In this document: positions 49,483 to 61,176 of the stretch, piece by piece
Numbering within the stretch: the stretch's first letter is position 1
How the letters are laid out: every line of letters begins with the position of its first letter
NCBI RefSeq assembly: GCF_964213995.1
Contig: NC_135818.1
Coordinates: 61,256,001 to 61,320,000 of the forward strand
Source of the DNA: Mustelus asterias
Lineage: Eukaryota
Direction of reading: 5' to 3'
DNA length: 64,000 nt
Position numbers and translations under genes: made by a program
Notes under the pieces: model-generated
The model's input: the letters and a program-made list of their open reading frames with translations, nothing else
What the model was told of the DNA's origin: nothing
The model's database searches: none

Positions 49483-52400
49483 TGTGGAGATGCCGGCGTT
49501 GGACTAGGGTAAACACAATAAGAAGTCTCAAAACACCTGGTTAAAGTCCAACAGGTTTATTTGGTAGCACAAGCCACTAGCTTTCGGAGCGCTGCCCCTT
49601 CATCAGGTGAGTGGGATTTCAGTTCACAAACAGGGCATATAAAGACACAAACTTTATTTACAAAATAACGGGTGGAATGCGAGTCTTTACAGGGTAATCA
49701 AGTCTTAAAGGTACAAACAGTGTGAGTGGAGAGAGGGTTAAGCACAGGTTAAAGATATGTGTATTGTCTCCAGACAGGACAGTTAGTGAGATTTTGCACA
49801 CCCAGGCAAGTTGTGGGGGTTACAGATATTGTGACATGAACCCAATATCCCCGTTGAGGCCGTCCTCATGTGTGCGGAACTTGGCTATCAATCTCTGCTC
49901 AGCGACTCTGGGTTGTCGTGTGTCGTGAAGGCCGCCTTGGAGAACGCTTACCGGAAGATCAGAGGCCGAATGCCCGTGACCGCTGAAGTTTTCCCCAACA
50001 GGAAGAGAACACTCTTGCCTGGTGATTGTCGAGCGGTGTTCATTCATCCGTTGTCTGTGCATCTGCATGGTCTCCCCAATGTGCCATGCCTCGGGACATC
50101 CTTTCCTGCAGCGTATCAGGTAGACAACGTTGGCCAAGTTGCAAGTGTATGTACCGTGTACCTGGTGGATGATGTTCTCATGTGAGATGATGGCATCGGT
50201 GTCGATGATCTGGCACATCTTGCAGAGGTTGCTGTGGCAGAGTTGTGTGATGTCGTGGTCACTGTTCTCCTGAGGGCTGGGTAGTTTGCTGCGGACAATG
50301 GTCTGTTTCAGGTTGTGCGGTTGTTTGAAGGCAAGAAGTGGGGGTATGGGGATAACCTTGGCGAGATGTTCGTCTTCATCAATGACATGTTGAAGGCTCT
50401 GGAGAAGATGTCGTAGCTTCTCCGCTCCAGGGAAGTACTGGACGACGAAGGGTACTCTGTCCACCGTGTCCCGTGTTTGTCTTCTGAGGAAGTTGGTGCG
50501 GTTTTTCGCTGTGGCGTGTCGGAACTGTCGATCGATGAGTCAAGCGCCATATCCTGTTCTTATGAGGGCATCTTTCAGCATCTGGAGGTGTCTGTTGCGA
50601 TCCTCCTCATCTGAGCAGATCCTGTGTATACGGAGGGCTTGTCCGTAGGGGATGGCTTCTTTAACGTGTTTAGGGTGGAAGCTGAAGAAGTGGAGCATTG
50701 TGAGATTATCCGTGGGTTTGGGGTACAGTGAAGTGCTGAGGTGACTGTCCTTGATGGAGATGTGTGTGTCCAAGAATGCAACTGATTCTGGAGAGTGGTC
50801 CATGGTGAGTCTGATGGTGGGATGGAACTTGTTGATGTCATCATATAGTTGTTTCAGTGATTGTTCACCATGAGTCCAAAGGAAGAAAATGTCTTCGATG
50901 TATCAAGTGTATTGCATCGGTTGAAGGTCCTGTGCGGTGAAGAGGTCTTGTTCGAACCTGTGCATGAAGAGGTTGGCACATTGAGGTGCGAATTTGGTCC
51001 CCATGGCTGTTCCGTGTGTCTGGATGAAGAACTGGTTGTTGAAGGTGAAGACATTGTGGTCGAGGATGAAGCGGATGAGTTGTAAAATTGCATCTGGAGA
51101 TTGGCAGTTGTTGGCGTTGAGTACTGAGGCAGTTGCAATGCCATCGTTGTGGGGGATGCTAGTGTAGAGTGCCGAGACATCCATTGTGACGCGGAGTGCT
51201 CCTGGTTCAACTGCTCCATGTGTGCTGAGTTTCTGTCAGAAGTCCGTAGTGTCGCAACAAAAGCTGGGGGTTCTTTGTACAATGGGTTTCAGTATGCCCT
51301 CGATGTAGCCGGAGAGGTTCTTGCACAGGGTCCCATTCCCGATATGATGGGACGGCCGGGTGTGTTTGCCTTGTATATCTTCGGGAGGCAGTAGAGATCT
51401 CCAACACGGGGAGTACGTGGAATGAGAGCACGGAGGGTGCTCTGAAGGTCTGGATCAAAGATCTTGATCAGTCTGTTGAGTTGACAGGTGTGTTCTTTGG
51501 TCAGGTCTGCTGTAACTGTCTGTAGTGTTCCTCGTTGTTCAGTTGTCGGTATACTTCTTTGCAGCAGTCCATTCTGTTCAGTATGAGATGGCCCCTCCTT
51601 TGCTGGTTTGCTAACAATGTTGCGATTGGTCTTGAGAGCGCAGATGGCGTTGCGTTGTGCCTGGGTGATTTTTGGGGCTGTCTTGTGAGTGTGGTTGATT
51701 AATCTGGCATTGATGCACCTCCTGACGGCTTGGGCATACATGTCAAGTCGAGGGCAGCAGCCTTCCAGGGGAGTCCAATTTGACTCTTTCTTCTTCGGTT
51801 GCTGCACTGCGGACTCTGTCGGCTGTTCCGGTTCATTGGCTGTCTCATTGTGTTCGCTGTTGGCCTCTTGGGGTTTGTGGAAGAACTCCCGCAGCCTCAT
51901 TCGCCTGATGAATTCCTCTGTGGACACGGCGGACAGAGTACCCTTCGTCGTCCAGTACTTCCGCGGAGTGGAGAAGCTACGACATCTTCTCCGGAGCCTT
52001 CAACATGTCATTGATGAAGACGAACATCTCGCCAAGGCCATCCCCACACCCCCACTTCTTGCCTTCAAACAACCGCACAACCTCAAACAGACCATTGTCC
52101 GCAGCAAACTACGCAGCCTTCAGGAGAATAGTGACCACGACACCCCACAACCCTGCCACAGCAACCCTGCAAGACGTGCTGGATCAGCGACACGGATGCC
52201 TTCATCTCACGTGAGAACACCATCCACCAGGTACATACACTTGCAACTCGGCCAACGTTGTCTACCTGATATGCTGCAGGAAAGGATGTCCCGAGGCATG
52301 GTGCATTGGGGAGACCATGCAGACGCACAGACAACAGATGAATGAACACCGCTCGACAATCACCAGGCAAGAGTGTTCTCTTCCTGTTGGGTAACACTTC

Positions 52401-52853
52401 AGCAGTCATGGGCATTCGGCCTCTGATCTTTGGGTAAGCGTTCTCCAAGGCGGCCTTCACGACAACACAGAGTCGCTGAGCAGAGACTGATAGCAAAGTT
52501 CCGCACACATGAGGACGGCCTCACCCGGGATCTTGGGTTCATGTCACACTATCTGTAACCCCCACGACTTGCCTGGGCTTGCAAAATCTCACTAACTGTC
52601 CTGGCTGGAGACAATACACATCTCTTTAACCTGTGCTTAACCCTCTCTCCACTCACATTGTCTGTACCTTTAAGACTTGATTACCTGTAAAGACTTGCAT
52701 TCCAACCGTTATTTTGTAAATTGAGTTTGTGTCTTTATATGCCCTGTTTGTGAACTGAAATCCCACTTACCTGATGAAGGGGCAGCGCTCCAAAAGCTCG
52801 TGCTACCAAATAAACCTGTTGGATTTTAACCTGGTGTTGTGAGACTTCTTATT
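49483..52853 (-). mobile_element. Penelope-like element (RT + GIY-YIG, 5'-truncated, disrupted) with inverted partial second copy
   Basis: Minus-strand fragments MDVSALYTSIPH..GTAMGTKFAP (RT) and NVVYLIRCRKGCPEAWHIGET..RMNEHR (GIY-YIG). 51922-52853 is an inverted copy of ~49515-50472. Flanked by gttcttgccacga (49470-49482) and gttcttgccatga (52854-52866). Confidence 0.93.
49573..49615 (-). ncRNA. Minimal type-I hammerhead ribozyme motif in the Penelope pseudo-LTR
   Basis: Minus strand: cac CTGATGA a ggggc-agc-gctcc GAAA gc TA gtg, i.e. CUGAUGA and GAAA core boxes, stem II, and a short stem I cac/gtg. PLE pLTRs are known to carry minimal hammerheads. Confidence 0.7.
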
Positions 52854-53040
52854 GTTCTTGCCATGAGCAGAGGCAGATAACGGGTGAACAACAATGACTT
52901 CAGTGCTGGAAGAAACTGAATGTGTATTGGCAGATGGAGTGTGTGCTAATTGGGCAATGCGCAACTGTCTTGGTGTGGCGGCAGGAGTTCCAATGATAAG
53001 TGTACATCTTTTTAATGCAAGTTTTACTTATTTGTTTTAG

Positions 53041-53108
53041 GGCTCGTTTCCACGTAGTGGATTCTGCTTCAAGGTGTACTACCCCTCAAATAGAACTGTG
53101 GAGGACAG
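53041..53108 (+). CDS. POLE2: POLE2 exon 18
   Basis: 68 nt, GSFPRSGFCFKVYYPSNRTVED. Confidence 0.95.
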
Positions 53109-53220
53109 GTAATGGAGAAACCTTGTGTAGAGCTTCCGTTGTAATTTAAAATAGAAACATTAATTTTCATTTTCTTAACTTGGGCCAGCATAATCAGATG
53201 CAACAGTGTAGGAATGTTTA

Positions 53221-53518
53221 GGGCGGCATGGTGGCACAGTGGTTAGCACTGCTGCCCCAACAAGCCAGGAATCGAATCCAGGGACCTGGATTCGATTCCC
53301 AGCTTGGGTCACTGCCTGTGTGGAGTTTGCATGTTCTCCCCTCATCTGCGTGGGTTTCCTCCGGGTGCTCCAGTTTCCTCCCACAGTCTGAAAGGTGTGC
53401 TGGTTAGGAGCATTGACCGGAACAGACGCCGGAGTGCGGCAACTAGGGGAGTTTCACAGTAACTTCAACGCAGTGTTAATGTAAGCCTTACTTGTGACTA
53501 ATAAATAAATAAACTTTA
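53221..53518 (+). mobile_element. tRNA-derived SINE
   Basis: gggcggcatggtggcacagtggttagcactgctg.. to ..gtgactaataaataaataaacttt. Confidence 0.82.
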
Positions 53519-54355
53519 ATAAACTCCAAAATCCAGGAATCTATGAAAAGGTAACTTGCATTATTTTGAATTCTCATCACTGCAAATCCTGTCAAGTCAG
53601 CTTTGGATTAGACTGGAGGGGAGGAACATGAAGGAAGCCAAGGACAGATCTGTCCCACGTTGTCCTCTCTTTATTCACCCCTGTACCACTCACTTTTGCC
53701 TCTTGCCACCACTCTTTGGTCATTTAATCATGCCTGCAGACCTTCCCTCTTGTCCTTTCCTCCTTCCTGTATTTTCAGCCTCTGTACTTATAATTCTAGG
53801 AATTTATTGCATAGAAGAGGGCCATTTGGCCTGTTTAAAACCCACTGCATCGCAGTAATGATGAGAGATCAATGACCAAAATTATTAACTCTCTTTCTCG
53901 CTCCATGAATGCTGCCTGACCTGGGTGACATTTCCAGCATTTTCTGCTTTTCTTCCATGTTTCCTGCATCTGCCAAATTTTACTTCTGTCATAGAATTAG
54001 GTTTGGTAGTCATGGTTACTGCATTAAAAAGCCTGCCAGCATGCATCATCTAGATTGTCAAATGAAGAATGGCAGACTAAGTGAAGAAATTAGGTCCTGT
54101 CAGCACTGCTGCAACTGTATCCCAACATAAGTTAGGAGACAGGGCAGGAAAAAGCTATTTTCCATGTAAACTAAATATATTAACTGTGGACATTTATTCC
54201 AAATATATTTTTTTAATGTATTAACAATGGTGATTACTGATTTTTTAACATTAAAAGTATGTGAAATGTAAAATGTGTTTACAGAGATGCATTAGTTAGA
54301 GAATCGTTTCAACTAGTTTTGTAAAAATGCTGATTAGATTTTCCTTTCTTTTCAG

Positions 54356-54374
54356 TAAACTTCAAAATCTTTGA
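54356..54374 (+). CDS. POLE2: POLE2 exon 19 (last coding exon, (S)KLQNL-stop)
   Basis: Polypyrimidine tract + CAG acceptor, then T AAA CTT CAA AAT CTT TGA. Matches the POLE2 C-terminus pattern SKLQxx; all exons sum to 1581 nt in frame. Confidence 0.88.
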
Positions 54375-54487
54375 TTGTGAATTTTTTAAAGTTGGAGAAG
54401 TCCAGATGCTGAAGACTTACACTTGCACATTAAAATCTTTTAAATTTCTGATAATTCCTTGTTTATTTGTATATATTTATATTGTGA

Positions 54488-54493
54488 ATTAAA
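54488..54493 (+). terminator. Candidate polyadenylation signal (ATTAAA) of POLE2
   Basis: ATTAAA ~115 nt after the stop, followed by a GT-rich tract (gttgtgtgtgtgtt). Confidence 0.45.
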
Positions 54494-55516
54494 CTTAAAA
54501 TATCTGCCTGATTTAGTTGTGTGTGTGTTATTGATAATTATTCCTATTTTTTTCAAAGCTTGATGTCAAATTAGAATATGCAGTTATATCCTTTTTAAGA
54601 ACTGCTTTTATCCCTGAAGGTTTCTATCATTCTCCGAATTTATGAAACTTGTATCTGTATCACCTCTAATACGTCTTTCAATTTACTGCAAGAATTATGT
54701 TGCTGAAATGTTGATTATGTTATGAAAATGCTGTGACGGAAGATCACGCAAAATTGTTAGTGGCAATAAAGACTTTTTGTTCGGATGATAAGAATGCCCA
54801 ATTGTCCAGGATATCAGCACTTCGTGTCCAAATATGACTAATTTCCAAACTAGAGACAATATTATTTTCTGTATTTTTAACCTAATATTCTGATGCAAAA
54901 AAAAAACTTTTTTTTACTACTGAACATTTTTGAGACCAAAGGTGCTGCATTTCTGTTAGGAAAATTAAACTGTTTTGAATTAGTCCAGTCCCTCCCAACT
55001 TTGATACTGATATATCTTTAGCATATAACACAGTAGATAAAATAAATTTTTCAGAGGATCATCAAATTTTGTAACTAGGTCAGTTTTACGCTGTTGATTG
55101 GCCAGCCAATTTAATCGTCAATCTGTGGCAGAATTGAGCCATTTCCATTTTCTGACATTACACAAGAATCTCAAGTTCATGACGGCAACTTATGTTTGTA
55201 TTCATTGATTGATCCATGTGGATGCATCACAACTGACCTTGATACATTAGGCACACACACATGGTTCAGAACAGTGATCTGGAACTCAGTCTTGATTTTC
55301 CTTCTCCTGTTCTCTTGCTAACTGTGACACTGCTAACTTAGCACAGACCGGGATTGAATCTAGACAACCATGTCTCTACAGCTCAATTTCAAAGTTAACA
55401 CTGCACTGAGTAATTAGGAAAGAATAAATATGGTGATCCACTTTTATTTGGCTCTTGAGCTTCTACCTTCTTCAGAGCCCTCAGAATATCCTTGTGTTCC
55501 TCCTTCTGATACTTGT

Positions 55517-55822
55517 TTTGATTTTGATTTGATTTGATTTATTATTGTCACATGTATTAGTATACAGTGAAAAGTATTATTTCTTATGAGCTATAGAGAC
55601 AAAACATACGTACATAGAGAAAGAAAGAAGAGAGTGCAGAATGTAGTGTTATAGTCATAGGTAGGGTGTGGAGAAAGATCAACTTAATGTGAAGTAGGTC
55701 CATTCAAAAATCTGATAGCAGCAGGGAAGAAGCTGTTCTTGAATCAGTTGGTACGTGTCCTCAGACCTTTGTATATTTTTCCCCACAGAAGAAGGTGGAA
55801 GAGAGAATATCCGGGGAGTGTG
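55517..55822 (-). mobile_element. Rex/Babar LINE 3' end
   Basis: Reverse complement of the 44640-44943 type sequence; (tttga)n tail. Confidence 0.75.
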
Positions 55823-56139
55823 GCTGCTAATAATAAATTATAGTTTGGGTCCTCTGTGATGTGTAAGTAATTCAATCATGTTGGACCTGTTATATTTCAA
55901 TACAGAAAAGGCACTGAGATGATTGCCAATCCACCTCTCTCACTGACCACATTAAATCCTACTTATCTTCTGAAATAACGTTAATAAAAATGGGAAAAGC
56001 TGATGCCACATCAGATGTCAGAAATCAGACTGTCCATGGTAGCATCAGTGCAATTACTTCCACGCTTCACTGGAAACTTCCAAATACATTAACCATCCCT
56101 TTTGAGCTTTCATTTATTTCTAACTTGCTTCCTCTTGAA

Positions 56140-56790
56140 CAGCAAGCTCTTGAGGAGTTGAGGAAAATGGGTATCAGTAAGCAGGTTGAATTGAAGAAAT
56201 TAATGGGACTGAAGGTTGATAAGTCCCAAGGACCCAATATTCCATATCCCAGAGTGGATGCATTGTGATCATCTTCCAGAATGCGATACATTCTGGAATG
56301 ATTCCTGCGGATTGGAAGATAGCAAATGTCTTCCCACTATTTAAGAAGGGAGCGAAAGAGCAAACAGGGAACTACAGACCTATTAGCCTTACATCAGCAG
56401 TAGAGGAAATGCTGAAATTTGTTATAAAGGATGTGTTAAATGAACACTTAGACAATAATTATCTGATTAGACAGTGTGGATTTATGAATGTGAAATCATG
56501 TTTGACAAACCTGTTGGACTTTGGGGGAGTCAATGAATATGGTGTACTGGGATTTTCAGAAAAGCATTAATTAAAGTTTGTGGGATAGCAGGCAAGATAC
56601 TAGTATGGATTAAGAATTCGTTAACAGACAGAAAACAGTCGGAATAAATGGGCCATTCTCACATTGGTAGGCTATGGACCAGTGGGGTTCCACAAGGATC
56701 AGTGCTTGGGCCCCAGCGGTTCACAATATACATCAATGATTTGGAGGTTGGGACCAAATGCAATATTTCCAAATTTATAGATGACACTAG
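56140..56790 (+). mobile_element. Degenerate CR1 RT fragment
   Basis: LKKLMGLKVDKSQGP..DWKIANVFPLFKKG..NYRPISLTS..SCLTNLLDF. Confidence 0.85.
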
Positions 56791-57589
56791 AAGATATATT
56801 TACACTTTGGACACAAAGTGAGTGCACAGCTCACATGTAATGCTTACATTAATGGCTTCTTAAATTAAACTCCAATAATTATTATACCAACATTTGAGGG
56901 GAGACAGTGGTAATATCACAGATTTAGACTACGTTCTGCACTCTCTCCTTCTCTATGTATGGTATGCTTTATCTGTAAAGCACGCAAGAAACAATACTAA
57001 TGTAATGCATGAACCTCACTTCACTTACCCTTGCTTTACGTGTGTATCAATTCAGTAATACCAGTAGGAAAAACAAACTACTCGGATGGAAATCAGCGGA
57101 ATGTGGCAAAATATCTTGTGGGCCACAGTCAGAACTCAGATGGGCTGCATGTGGCCCCTTATTATTTCTAATGCATGTCACCAGCAGCTATCTACTTGGA
57201 GAGAAATTACAATGTAAAAGTTGATAGCCAGCAGAATTGGAGAGCCAGCACCCATTTAATTCTGTTGTTGAGCCAAGTTCTGCATAGTTTTTTTTAAAAT
57301 TGAGAAACTAAGGTGAAGCACCAAAGTAAATGATGACCAGTCATTTGAAACTATTCGCTGTGGCAACTTTTAACTAAGAACATTTTTTTTTTAAATTCAC
57401 GGGATGTGGATATCCCTGGCAAGGCCAGCATTTGTTGCCATTTCTGTGGCTTGCTCTGCCATTTCAGAGGGTAGTTAAGAGTCAACTGCATTGCTGAAGG
57501 TCTGGAGTCACATATGGACCAGACCAGACAGGTAGCCTTTCCTAAAGGGTATTAGTAAACCAGATGATAGTTGCAGGATCACCATTACT

Positions 57590-58497
57590 GGGGCAGCACG
57601 GTGGCACAGTGGTTGGCACTGCTGCCTCACAGCGCAAAGGACCCAGATTCAATTCCGGACTTTGGTGACCATGTGGAGTTTGCACGTTCTCCCAAGTCTG
57701 CATGGGTTTCCTCCGGGTGCTCTGGTTTCCTCTCACAGTCCAAAGATATGCAGGTTAGTGGATTGGCCATGCTAAATTGCCCCAAGTGTTCCAAGATTTG
57801 TAAGTTAGATGGCTTAGCCATGGTAAATGTGTGGGGTTTAAAGTTTATTAGTGTCACAAGTAGGCTTACATTAACGCTGCAATGAAGTTAATGTGAAAAT
57901 CCCCTCGTCGCCACACTCTGGTGCCTTTTCGGGTGCAATGTGGGAGAATTTAGCACAGCCAATGCATCTAATCAGCACATCTACGGGAGGGAACCGGAGC
58001 ACCACGCAGACAGGGGGAGAACGTGCAGACTCCACACAGACAGTGACCCAAACCGGGAATCGAACCTGGGTGACGTGGGGGCAGCACGGTAGCACAGTGG
58101 TTAGCACTGCTGCTTCACAGCTCCAGGAACCTGGATTCGATTCCTGGCTCGGGTCACTGTCTGTGTGGAGTTTGCACATTCTCCTCGTGTCTGCGTGGGT
58201 TTCCTCCGGGTGCTCCGGTTTCCTCCCATAGTCCAAAGATGTGCGGGTTAGGTTGATTGGCCATGCTAAAATTGCTCCTTAGTGTCCTGAGATGCGTAGG
58301 TTAGAAGGATTAGCAGGTAGGGCCTGGGTGGGATTGTGGTCGGTGCAGACTCGATGGGCCGAATGGCCTCTTTCTGCACTGTAGGGTTTCTATGATTCTG
58401 GTTATGAGAATAGGGTGGGAGAGGACTCTGTCAGAGAGTTGGTACAGACTCGATGGGCCAAATGGCCTCCTGCACTGTAGGGTTTCTATTCTATTCT
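57590..58497. mobile_element. Cluster of adjacent SINEs: + (57590-57838), - (57839-58070), + (58077-58398), plus a tail piece to ~58497
   Basis: Family head/body motifs in alternating orientation with almost no spacer. Confidence 0.8.
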
Positions 58498-58690
58498 AAT
58501 TGCAGTGATGGAATTCAAACCCATGTCCCTGGAGCATTAACCTGGGTTACTGCTCTGTGATATTATTATCACTGTGTCCCCTCAAATGTTGGTATAATAA
58601 TTATTGGCAGTTTAATTTAAGAAGCCATTAAAATGCGGGGATGAAGAATGATGAAGCGAAAGCAGCAAAAACCAGGCTGTGTTTGGCTTT

Positions 58691-58704
58691 GTTTCCATGG
58701 CAAC
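58691..58704. promoter_or_regulatory. RFX X-box GTTTCCATGGCAAC upstream of DNAAF2
   Basis: Exact fit to the X-box consensus GTTNCCATGGNAAC, ~370 bp before the ATG of a motile-cilia gene. Confidence 0.75.
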
Positions 58705-58834
58705 AGGGACGCAGCACATCGCCAGTTCCGCCTGCTTGGTGTGCGCATCCGCCGCAAAGTAGTGACCCCACAACGGGCAACGTTTGCTCGACTTGAAAGG
58801 CCGGTGACGACAAACGGCTGTTGCGTTCAGAAAG

Positions 58835-58856
58835 ATAGAGAGAGAGAGAGAGAGAG
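58835..58856. repeat. (AG)n microsatellite upstream of DNAAF2
   Basis: agagagagagagagagagagg run. Confidence 0.85.
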
Positions 58857-59070
58857 GAGGGGGTTAGGGTTAAAATAATGTTTGGGAAGGGGGAGACTGG
58901 CGGGAGGACGCTGGCGTTGACGCCATCAAGTGCGCCGGGCGGCTGGAGCCGGAGGCAGTGCTGCGGCCGGGCGGATGGGTATGGAGGGATGGTGCTGCGG
59001 CCGGGCGGATGGCCACGTTGTGAGGCCGGCGGGTTGACGGTTGTGCTGCGGCCCGGGTTGAGGCGGGAAG

Positions 59071-61176
59071 ATGTCGTCCGGCTCCCGGCTGGAGGAGCTG
59101 GAGCTGACCCCGGACGAGGTGGAGCGCTTCGCCAAAGCCTTCAAAGATGAGAAGTTCAGGAAGATGCTGTGCGAGTACGCGGAGGAGATCTCCAGCCCGG
59201 AGAGCCGGCAGAAGTACGAGGAGGAGATCAGCCAGCTGGAGCGGGAGAGGGGGGTGGACGTCCAGTTCGTGCACCCCCGCCCCGGCCACGTCCTCCAGAC
59301 CAGCCTCGACGGCGACCAGAAGTGTTTCATCAACGTCTGCAGCAACGAGCTGGTCGACAAGCCGGCGTGCCGGGCCGGCCAGGGGGGCGGCGGGGCGGCG
59401 GGGCAGCACTGGTCCCTCCCTTACAGCCTGGCCCCCGGCAGGGAGGATCTGGGACCCGGCGGCAGGAGGCACATGATTTATGATGTGGTTTTTCACCCCG
59501 ACACCCTGGACATGGCCGGCAAGAACAGCAAGTTCAAAAAAATGCTGGACCAAACCGCCATCGAGGTGATCGAGCAGCAACTGGGCGCGAAACTGGATCC
59601 CAGAAACGTCAAGACTCTAAAGGTGAAGTACAAGGGGTTGCCTGACGCCGCCGTCATTCGCAAACCCATCCCCGGTGGTCCCAAACAGCCGCCTCCAGAA
59701 GAAGAAGGAGGAGATGACGACCCGCTCAGATTCCCTTACCCCTTTGATCCTCCAAAGTCAGCACATGCCCCTGGGCGTGGCGCGAAAGTTAAAGCAACGA
59801 GCAAGAGTTCACAAGCTGCAGCCAAAGACAAGAGTGCAAATGTGCAAGACAGCAAATTTACCCAACCCAAACACTCCATCGTTTACAGGTCGCACGTCGA
59901 TTTGCAAGATTACCGGTACGCTCGGGACGCCGCTCCCAGCACCAGACCTAAAGAGCTGGTGGTCACCATCGACCTCCCCTTGCTCAAGTCTGCTGAGGCT
60001 GCTTGTTTAGATGTCACCGAGAAACTGTTGAGTTTAGAGTCGCAGACGCCAGCTTACAAGCTTGAGTTGCCTCTGCCATATCCAGTAGATGAAAATCTGG
60101 GGTCGGCCAAATTTAACAAAGCCAAGAGACAGCTTGTAGTTACTTTGCCTGTGCTACCTGTGAAGCAAGCCTGTGTCCCAGAAATCAACCAAGATCACAG
60201 TCGCGACCTTGATCAAACAGTGAAGACCAGTGAGCCGACAGAGAGTGCCCAGTCACTCTGTGAATCAGAATTACATCAGTTTGAAGGATATTCCCATCAA
60301 CAAAATGGAGAGTGCCCTGGTGCTTGCTTAAAATCTGAAGGTGAGTCTGAACTGGTTAGTGCCTTTCAAGATTTCAATTTGGAAACGTCTCAGAACAATG
60401 AACAATCTGAACTGAGCCAAATAAAAACATTGACTGAGTCAGAAGTTGAGGAAGCTTCATCAGTTTCAAGTAATTTTGTGAAAGCAAATGATGTGATTGC
60501 TTGTCCCAATTTGGAAACATCTCAGAACAGTAAACACCCTGAACTGGGCCAAATAAAAACATCTACTGAGTCAGAACTTGAAGAAGCTGCATTGGTTTCA
60601 AATAATTTTGTACAAACAAATGATGTGATTGCTTGCCCCAAACTTCTTTCAGAGGTAGATTCTGATGAACAGAAAAATGATACCAAAGAAGGTACGGTTG
60701 CTTTGAGTGGTCAGGACTTTCCTGGGACTAAGGAAAAGGCATGCAGTCATTCTGAGGGTGGGCAAGTAACTGATCGTCTCCAGTCAGATTCATCTGATCA
60801 TCTCCAAAGAGAGTCATCTGCAAACACTGAATTCTGCTCAGATAACTATTTAAAGGAAACTGAACCAGTATGTCCTGATTTCCATTACCATCAAAATGAA
60901 GACTCTATTACATTCGTACTGCAAGTGCGAAATATTAATGAAGAGAGTTTCAAGTTAGTACTTCATGCTGATGAATATAGTGTTATATTTGGGACACAAG
61001 ATTCTGACACCTTGTATTCCTTGATTGTTCAGTTTCCTCCAGAGCATCAGCTGGACACTACAGAAAGTATACTTAATATATCGAACGACAATGCTGCAGT
61101 GGTGCTAATAAAATCACCTGAGTGTCGAGGCATGTGGCAGAGCTTTCACGCTGGAGGTACACGCAGCTGTTTACAG
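59071..61176 (+). CDS. DNAAF2: Dynein axonemal assembly factor 2 (kintoun/PF13), large coding exon 1
   Basis: 702 codons ending ..RSCLQ|GTAACA. PIH1-domain motifs (FVHPRPGHVLQT, KCFINVCSN, HWSLPYSLAPGRE, YDVVFHP) and a CS-like region; CpG island; syntenic with POLE2. Confidence 0.95.
60376..60639 (+). repeat. In-frame 132-bp (44-aa) tandem duplication inside DNAAF2 exon 1
   Basis: NLETSQNNEQSELSQIKTLTESEVEEASSVSSNFVKANDVIACP / NLETSQNSKHPELGQIKTSTESELEEAALVSNNFVQTNDVIACP; units start at 60376 and 60508. Confidence 0.92.

Noticed and set aside
58870-59580. 236-aa minus-strand ORF and other overlapping ORFs at the DNAAF2 5' end
   Set aside because: Antisense/alternate-frame shadows of a GC-rich coding exon; no recognisable domain.
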